32,000 nt of DNA, from contig CAVVYF010000026.1 in assembly GCA_963752375.1 (NCBI GenBank), positions 35,794 to 67,793 on the forward strand, read 5' to 3'. This document shows positions 26,620 through 32,000 of the stretch, one piece after another (the first letter of the stretch is position 1; each line of letters starts with the position of its first letter). Position numbers and translations under genes: made by a program. The notes under the pieces are model-generated. The model was given only the letters and a program-made list of their open reading frames with translations. It was not told the DNA's origin and made no database searches. This DNA is from Terriglobia bacterium. Its GTDB lineage: Bacteria; Acidobacteriota; Terriglobia; Terriglobales; Acidobacteriaceae.

Positions 26620-28815
26620 TCACCGGCCAAACTTCACTGTCACCTGCGAGCCTGACGCTACATGTGCGCCGGGCGGAGGCGATTGCTGCCGGGCCAGTCC
26701 GTTGCCCACCGCATCCAGATCAAGTCCGCTATCCTGGGCCATCTCGATCGCGGCCCGGACGCTTTTTCCCAAAAACGATGGAACTACAATTCCGCCCTGC
26801 TCGACCTCCAGAACCACCGTCCCGCTTGACGAAAGATGAGACGGCAGCGGCGTTGCGCCGGGTTTGTCATCCGGCGTCGCATTTTCCTTTTGCGGCGGGA
26901 CGGCTGAGGCGGCTGGTTCAGACTGGCGCAAGGCTGCGGGCACGACCACGCTGGCGGTCGCGTTGGGCGAGGAGGGCGCGGACGCGACGACCGGTTGGTC
27001 ACTGGCATCCGTCGAATCATCGGATGCGTCCAGGGTGTCGCCCAGGCGGTCAGGCGATCCTTCTTCGACATCCTGATCTTTCACCCGGCGCTCCGCCAGC
27101 AGAACCTGGCGGCTGGGCGGCAGCTCAACGTCGTGGGGCGTATGCAGATACTCCAGCACCTGCTGCGTGACTCTCTGGAACACCGGCGCGGAAACTTGTC
27201 CGCCCTGGTGCAGGCCCACCGCCGAATCCAGAATCACCGCCACGGTGATGACCGGGTCATTGATTGGCGCAAATCCGGCGAACGACGCCACGTACTTGGT
27301 ATGCGAATAGGCATGAGTGGCAGGATCGACTTTCTGCGCGGTTCCCGTCTTCCCCGCCGAGCTATAACCCTCGAGGATGGCTTTCTTCCCCGTGCCGTGC
27401 AGGACCACGCCCTGCATCATCTGCTTCATCTGCGCCGCCGTCATGGGCGAGATCACCCGCCGCTGCACCCCGGGATGAAAGGCAATCATCTGCGGCGTGC
27501 CCCGCGGTTCCGTGGTCCCGGCCACGATTCGCGGCGCCACCCAGACGCCGTCGTTGGCGATAGTAGAAATCATGGCCGCCAACTGCAGCGGAGTCACTCC
27601 TATCTCCTGGCCCATGGAGATGGCGCCGATGGAAACTTTGGACCAGCGGTTCAGCGGCTTGGAAAGGCCGCGGGTCTCGCCCGGCAATTCGATCCCCGTG
27701 TGCTGTCCGAAACCGAAGGCGCGAATGTATTTGTAAAAGCGCTCTTCGCCCAGGCGCAGCGCGATCTTGATCGCGCCCACATCGCTTGATTCGGCCAGAA
27801 TGCCCGCCACCGTAAGCAGCCCGTGCGGTTTGCTGTCTCGGATCCGCATGCCGTTGATGACGATCGAGCCCATCTGGCAGTCAAAGACCTCGCTGGGATG
27901 GGTCAATTTTTCTTCCAGCGCCGCCGCGATGGTGACTACCTTGAAGGTCGATCCCGGCTCGTACACATCGCTCACGGCGTGGTCTTTCAGTTTTTGCGGC
28001 GTGATCTCCCGGGCCAGGTTGGGATTGAAGGTGGGACGATTGGCCAGCGCCAGAATCTCTCCCGTCTTCGGATTTTCCACGACCACGGTGCCCGACTCGG
28101 CATGGGTCTGCTGCATCGCGGTTTCCAGTTCGCGCTCGGCGATGTACTGGATTTTTTCGTCGATGGTCAGAACGACGTTTTCGCCGGGGTCAGGCTGCTT
28201 CTCGACGCTGCCAAACCATTTGCGCCGGGCATCCACGGAAATCAGCATGCGGCCAGGCTTGCCGCGCAGTTCGTCGTCATCCGCGCGTTCGATCCCGCTC
28301 AGGCCTTCGTCGTCCATGCCGACATAGCCCAGCACCTGCGCCGCCAGTTCACGCTTGGGATAGAAGCGCTTGGATTCCTTCTGGAAATAGATGCCGCGCA
28401 GATTCATCGACCGGATGCGGTCGGCGGTTTCAGCGTCCGCTTTGCGTGCCAGCCAGCAGAAGGTGCGGGCGGCCTTGCATTTTGCCAGCAATTCCCGGGG
28501 ATCCGCCTTGGTGATGCGCGCCACCAGGGATATGGTCCCGGCCAGGTCAGGGATGTCAACAGGCACCGCGAATACGGAATCGACGGAAACGGACATGGCC
28601 AGTTCGCGGCCGGCGCGGTCGTAAATGATGCCCCGCCGGGCTGCGACTTCGGTGGTGCGCTGCTGCTGGCGCTGGGCCCGCTGCTCGAAGTCGCCGTAGC
28701 GGAAGATCTGGAGATAGACCAGGCGCAGGCAGATGGCGCCGGCCCAGAGCAGCAGGATCGCGCCCAGAAGGTAGAGCCGTTTATTCGCGCTGTTGCGGGG
28801 TGTGCTCGTTGCCAC
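26620..28815 (-). CDS. ftsI: Class B penicillin-binding protein / division transpeptidase FtsI with C-terminal low-complexity linker and PASTA domain
   Basis: N-terminal TM LYLLGAILLLWAGAICL. STFK, SSD and KTGTAQ motifs. C-terminus VVPSFLGKSVRAAIEMAQDSGLDLDAVGNGLARQQSPPPGAHVASGSQVTVKFG is PASTA-like. GTG start. Confidence 0.9.
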   Translation of the reverse strand: MATSTPRNSANKRLYLLGAILLLWAGAICLRLVYLQIFRYGDFEQRAQRQQQRTTEVAARRGIIYDRAGRELAMSVSVDSVFAVPVDIPDLAGTISLVARITKADPRELLAKCKAARTFCWLARKADAETADRIRSMNLRGIYFQKESKRFYPKRELAAQVLGYVGMDDEGLSGIERADDDELRGKPGRMLISVDARRKWFGSVEKQPDPGENVVLTIDEKIQYIAERELETAMQQTHAESGTVVVENPKTGEILALANRPTFNPNLAREITPQKLKDHAVSDVYEPGSTFKVVTIAAALEEKLTHPSEVFDCQMGSIVINGMRIRDSKPHGLLTVAGILAESSDVGAIKIALRLGEERFYKYIRAFGFGQHTGIELPGETRGLSKPLNRWSKVSIGAISMGQEIGVTPLQLAAMISTIANDGVWVAPRIVAGTTEPRGTPQMIAFHPGVQRRVISPMTAAQMKQMMQGVVLHGTGKKAILEGYSSAGKTGTAQKVDPATHAYSHTKYVASFAGFAPINDPVITVAVILDSAVGLHQGGQVSAPVFQRVTQQVLEYLHTPHDVELPPSRQVLLAERRVKDQDVEEGSPDRLGDTLDASDDSTDASDQPVVASAPSSPNATASVVVPAALRQSEPAASAVPPQKENATPDDKPGATPLPSHLSSSGTVVLEVEQGGIVVPSFLGKSVRAAIEMAQDSGLDLDAVGNGLARQQSPPPGAHVASGSQVTVKFGR

Positions 28816-28875
28816 GGTCCAGGCCCCTTAGACAAACATGGCGGCCCACAATGAGGGAGCCGCCAATTGGACTTT

Positions 28876-28951
28876 TGTAGCGCCGGCGTCTCGCCGGCTG
28901 TCAGGCGGTCGTCCCGCCCGCCTACGTGGCCGGCCGGAAGCCGGCGCTACA
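28876..28951. repeat. Family-2-related palindromic element (copy F) between ftsL and ftsI
   Basis: Outer perfect 12-bp stem tgtagcgccggc/gccggcgctaca. Inner hairpin gccggcgtctcgccggc, then ...cccgcccgcctacgtgg. Confidence 0.85.
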
Positions 28952-28956
28952 TTTTT

Positions 28957-29415
28957 CTATCGTGCCGAAACCACCGAGACCGGAGTCACGCTGGCCAGCA
29001 CCGGCGTTGCGGCGTCCGGTGAAACCGTATCCATGTGCATCACCTGGCCGGCCTGCGGGGATTGCAGTCCCAGCTTCCGCGCCAGAACGTCAATGCGCTC
29101 GGGGTCGCGCAGTGAGGCTTCGTCCAGGCGCAGGGCGCGGTTCTCCTCGCTCAGGCCGTCGCGCTGCACCCGGAGTGCTTCGATCTTGTAGCCGTATTCA
29201 ATGGCCTTGAAATGCTGCCAGGCAAAAGTCATCACCAGCAGAAACAGGCAGCCCAGGGCAACTCCAAATTGTTTCATTTCGCGGCTGCGCTGCGGGTCTT
29301 CCACTTTCACCAGGCGCGAATTATCGATGGGCTTGGCGAAATAAATTTCGGGAGTTCCCGTCCAGCTGCGTTTACGCCGCGCGACCGGAGCTGCGCACTG
29401 CGCCGCTGCCGCCAT
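28957..29415 (-). CDS. ftsL: Cell division protein FtsL-like (single TM plus coiled coil)
   Basis: Sits in the conserved dcw position. TM FGVALGCLFLLVMTFAW, followed by YKIEALRVQRDGLSEENRALRLDEASLRDPERIDVLARKLGL. Confidence 0.7.
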   Translation of the reverse strand: MAAAAQCAAPVARRKRSWTGTPEIYFAKPIDNSRLVKVEDPQRSREMKQFGVALGCLFLLVMTFAWQHFKAIEYGYKIEALRVQRDGLSEENRALRLDEASLRDPERIDVLARKLGLQSPQAGQVMHMDTVSPDAATPVLASVTPVSVVSAR

Positions 29416-29604
29416 CTATGCCACCCCAGCCAGACTGGATTCGAATTGCGCAACTTCCTGTTGCGCCACCGCGTACCAGTAGGCAAGTTTCTCTTCCTGG
29501 GAACGCGTGTCCTGCAAGCCTCTGTCGGCATGGGCTTCGCTGCGCTCCACCGTGGCAATCAATTCGTCGATCAAGGTTCCCGTGTACTTTGTTGCTCGAT
29601 ACAT
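29416..29604 (-). CDS. Small hypothetical protein (62 aa, hydrophilic, predicted helical)
   Basis: ATG 29604 is preceded by GGAGG with a 6-nt spacer. Its TAG stop directly abuts the ftsL ATG (TAGATG). The longer ORF-track version (to 29721) has no RBS. Confidence 0.5.
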   Translation of the reverse strand: MYRATKYTGTLIDELIATVERSEAHADRGLQDTRSQEEKLAYWYAVAQQEVAQFESSLAGVA

Positions 29605-29772
29605 CTGTGGCCTCCGTTCTACCTTCCCATCTCTCCGGGACGGCACCGAAGAAGGTAGAGAGTTGTGTTTCGCCCTTGTTGTGAGAGGCGATGCCGTCCC
29701 GGAACTTTTATCCCGGCCCATCCGTCAACGGCTGTGGCCGGGTCCCTGGCTGGTTTTCCAGGGGTAAACTTT

Positions 29773-30708
29773 TTAGATCCTTTCCGCCGCCCGCATCTTT
29801 GCGCTGCGGGCCCGCGGATTGCGTTCGATCTCTTCTTCCCCGGCGGTCACTGGCTTTTTCGTCAGCAACTTGTAGTGACCCTGCTTCACGCCTTCGCGGA
29901 AGGCATCTTTGACGATGCGGTCCTCCAGCGAGTGGAAACTGATGATCACTATCCTTCCGCCCGGTTTCAGCACTTGCGGGGCCACCTTCAGCAACTCCCG
30001 CAAGTCGTCCAGTTCATGGTTTACGAAGATTCGGAGAGCTTGAAAGGTCCTTGTCGCGGGATGAATTCTTCTTTCCGCCTGGTTCATTGGCCGGGCCGCG
30101 GCTGAAATCACGGCTGCGAGTTGCGCAGTCGTCAATATCGGCCGCGACCGGACAATGGCTCTGGCGATTCTCCGCGACCTCCTTTCCTCACCGAATTCGT
30201 AAATCAGATTGGCGAGTGTGACCTCGTCCGTCTGATTTACCACTTGTTCGGCGGTGGGCCCGGCTTGCGTATTCATCCGCATGTCGAGCGCCCCTTCCGC
30301 CTGAAAACTGAAGCCGCGCGAGGGTGTGTCTAACTGCAGGCTGCTTACGCCGAGATCCGCCAGCAGCCCGTCGGCGGACGCCGCTTCGAACCGCTCTCCG
30401 ATCTCCGCGAAAGAACCGTGCAGCAGACTCACCTCAGGCCATCCCTCCCCCCCGGAAGAAATCAGCCTTACGCGCGCCTCATCGAGCGCCGCAGGATCTT
30501 TATCGAGCCCAATCAAATGACCCGGTGCGCCGAGGCGTTTTGCGATTTCTAAACTGTGCCCGCCCAGGCCCACCGTGGCGTCGATATAAGTCCCGCCACG
30601 CTTGATAGCTAAAAAGTCGATCGCTTCTTTTAAAAGAACCGGGACATGGCCACTCTTGCTTCCACCATGCCCACCCCGCTCGGGGGTGTTTGTTAAACCC
30701 TCGTCCAC
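29773..30708 (-). CDS. rsmH: 16S rRNA (cytosine1402-N4)-methyltransferase
   Basis: HVPVLLKEAIDFL, DATVGLGGHS, DLGVSSLQLD and SFHSLEDRIVK. The GTG start overlaps the mraZ stop by 1 nt. Confidence 0.92.
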   Translation of the reverse strand: MDEGLTNTPERGGHGGSKSGHVPVLLKEAIDFLAIKRGGTYIDATVGLGGHSLEIAKRLGAPGHLIGLDKDPAALDEARVRLISSGGEGWPEVSLLHGSFAEIGERFEAASADGLLADLGVSSLQLDTPSRGFSFQAEGALDMRMNTQAGPTAEQVVNQTDEVTLANLIYEFGEERRSRRIARAIVRSRPILTTAQLAAVISAAARPMNQAERRIHPATRTFQALRIFVNHELDDLRELLKVAPQVLKPGGRIVIISFHSLEDRIVKDAFREGVKQGHYKLLTKKPVTAGEEEIERNPRARSAKMRAAERI

Positions 30709-31148
30709 TAGATGCCCAGATCGTCGAGCGTCTTCTCATCCTCAGAGGTGAACGACTGCTCCTCAATCTCCGTGCGGTACGCTTCCAGGTTGCGAACTAC
30801 CAGATGCGTCAGATTTCCGGTCACAGCCACTTCGCCTTTGAGCTGCGCCGCTTCCCGCAACAACTGCGGCAGCAACAACCGCCCCTGACCGTCCATCTCG
30901 ACCATCTGCCCGTAGTAGTTCACCCGGTCCAGAAACTTTTTCTTCGTAGGATTGAAAGTAGAGAGCCCGGCCAGCTTCTGCTCGATCCGTTCCCATTCCT
31001 CGAAGGGATACACCTGGCCAACCTTGCCATCCAGGCTGGTGATGTAGAATTTCTCGTTGTACTTCTCGTCGATCACCCGCTTGAACTCGGCGGGGACTTT
31101 GAGCCGTCCCTTTTCGTCCACTCGAGTTGGGTGATTGCCGCGAAACAT
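30708..31148 (-). CDS. mraZ: Transcriptional regulator MraZ
   Basis: MFRGNHPTRVDEKGRLKVPAEFK... and a second DGQGRLLLPQLLRE repeat, giving two SpoVT/AbrB-like halves. First gene of the dcw cluster. Confidence 0.92.
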   Translation of the reverse strand: MFRGNHPTRVDEKGRLKVPAEFKRVIDEKYNEKFYITSLDGKVGQVYPFEEWERIEQKLAGLSTFNPTKKKFLDRVNYYGQMVEMDGQGRLLLPQLLREAAQLKGEVAVTGNLTHLVVRNLEAYRTEIEEQSFTSEDEKTLDDLGI

Positions 31149-31329
31149 GTGTTCTGCCCCTTAGGGCGGGTAAACTTTTTAAAACGAGTGCTGCCACAGC
31201 GAGGGAGGTCAAAGCGGCCAAAATGCCGGTGATTTCTGGTTCGTTCGGGCTGTTTTTTGGGGTGTCAGCTACAAAATCCACTGGCGCCTCTCAAATTTCC
31301 AACGCTGCCCACGACCGCTACCGTCCGTG

Positions 31330-31353
31330 CCACTTTCTACCACATTTGTCCAC
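31330..31353 (-). promoter_or_regulatory. Three direct GTGG boxes with exact 10-bp phasing; candidate MraZ operator
   Basis: Minus strand reads GTGGacaaatGTGGtagaaaGTGG, immediately downstream of the -10 box. Confidence 0.7.
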
Positions 31354-31381
31354 ATCCTACGCCTAAAGCATTTGTTGTCAA
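31354..31381 (-). promoter_or_regulatory. Candidate Pmra promoter: -35 TTGACA, 16-nt spacer, -10 TAGGAT
   Basis: Minus strand reads cTCATTGACAacaaatgctttaggcgTAGGATgtgg. Lies ~200 nt upstream of the mraZ ATG in an AT-richer intergenic region. Confidence 0.6.
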
Positions 31382-31570
31382 TGAGAAAGTTATAGGTCGC
31401 TATGGGGATGAATGAGGTCTTTTCGAAAACGCGATTAGTTGTGGCTTACTGAATTGATGACCACAATGGGTATGGGTTAGGAACTTGGTTCTGCTGCCTC
31501 TGCCTGATTGAAATCAATGCGCAGCGCCCTTCGCGGCGGTGCAAATCCTGTGGAAATCGCAGCCCCATGC

Positions 31571-31599
31571 AACAGAAAAGCCCCGGTCTTCGCCGGGGC
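31571..31599 (-). terminator. Intrinsic terminator after the outer-membrane receptor gene
   Basis: Minus-strand RNA gccccgg-cgaaga-ccggggc is followed by uuuucuguu, ~28 nt after the stop. Confidence 0.7.
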
Positions 31600-31626
31600 T
31601 CTCTGACTTCCAGAGTGACTTTCCTT

Positions 31627-32000
31627 CTACCAGATAACCTTGGCGCCGATCTGGATGTGCCGCGAGCCGCCTGAACCGATCACCGGGTTCGAGGCATAGA
31701 CATCAGGCGTGTACTGCGCCAGCCCGAAAGTCCCGGCCGATCCGTCTGACAAATCATGGTCGGGATCGGCAAAGTTAGGATGGTTCAGGAGATTGAAGAC
31801 TTCGCCGCGCAGTTGCACCGCGAAGCGCTCCCCCAGTTTGAAATCCTTGATGACGGAGAAGTCCAGATTGACGAAGCCCGGTCCGTACACCACATTCCGG
31901 CGCATATCCCCGAAGGTGCCCGGAGCCGGCGGCGTCACGATGGTTCCTCCCGAGGCAAAGCAGCCCCCGTAGATGCTGTCATCCGGACCGTTAATAAGCT
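31627..32000 (-). CDS. C-terminal fragment of a TonB-dependent/outer-membrane beta-barrel receptor (5' end outside window)
   Basis: The reading frame is open to the window edge beyond the ORF-track GTG. EVFNLLNHPNFADPD and the terminal ...RHIQIGAKVIW (aromatic last residue) are typical of OMP barrels. Confidence 0.6.
   Translation of the reverse strand, partial: LINGPDDSIYGGCFASGGTIVTPPAPGTFGDMRRNVVYGPGFVNLDFSVIKDFKLGERFAVQLRGEVFNLLNHPNFADPDHDLSDGSAGTFGLAQYTPDVYASNPVIGSGGSRHIQIGAKVIW

Noticed and set aside
2911-28951. Whether the recurring repeats form a CRISPR array.
   Set aside because: The copies are kilobases apart, belong to several families, are internally palindromic with variable centres, and show no regular repeat-spacer periodicity. 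No cas genes are present.
31440-31475. aatGGGTatGGGTtagg as alternative MraZ boxes.
   Set aside because: There are only two units, the spacing is 6 nt rather than ~10, they are on the strand opposite to mraZ, and they lie upstream of the candidate promoter.

Overview
GC-rich bacterial chromosomal window. Gene content and repeat style suggest an Acidobacteriota-like genome, but that is inference only. All family calls come from motif recognition by eye; no searches were run. About half the window (16.2-31.4 kb, minus strand) is a division/cell-wall (dcw) cluster: Pmra-mraZ-rsmH-orf62-ftsL-ftsI-murE-murF-mraY-murD-ftsW ... murG. An opposite-strand Tat-signal flavin oxidoreductase gene separates ftsW from murG, and the cluster stops after murG. 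The rest is housekeeping or accessory: methylmalonyl-CoA mutase catalytic subunit, APC permease, lnt, prfB, a helical-repeat protein, a CoA-binding protein, a GAF-PP2C phosphatase, rarA, a TrmH-family methyltransferase, tsaC, a DUF218 protein, an ORF6N protein and two partial edge genes. I see no rRNA, tRNA, CRISPR array, transposase, integrase or recognisable defence system, and I cannot support a claim of a novel multi-gene system. Points worth a second look: (1) prfB needs the classical +1 frameshift, which the ORF track misses. (2) About 13 modular GC-rich palindromic (REP/MITE-like) elements of several families fill nearly every intergenic gap, including inside the normally compact dcw operon. 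Some supply stop codons or C-terminal tails to murG and murF. (3) An IVS-like cassette bounded by 30-bp inverted repeats carries a frameshifted GxxExxY gene. (4) An ORF6N gene encodes its signature motif with a perfect palindrome that recurs over its own promoter. (5) A clear Pmra promoter is followed by three 10-bp-phased GTGG MraZ boxes. (6) A 62-aa ORF with a strong RBS sits between rsmH and ftsL.
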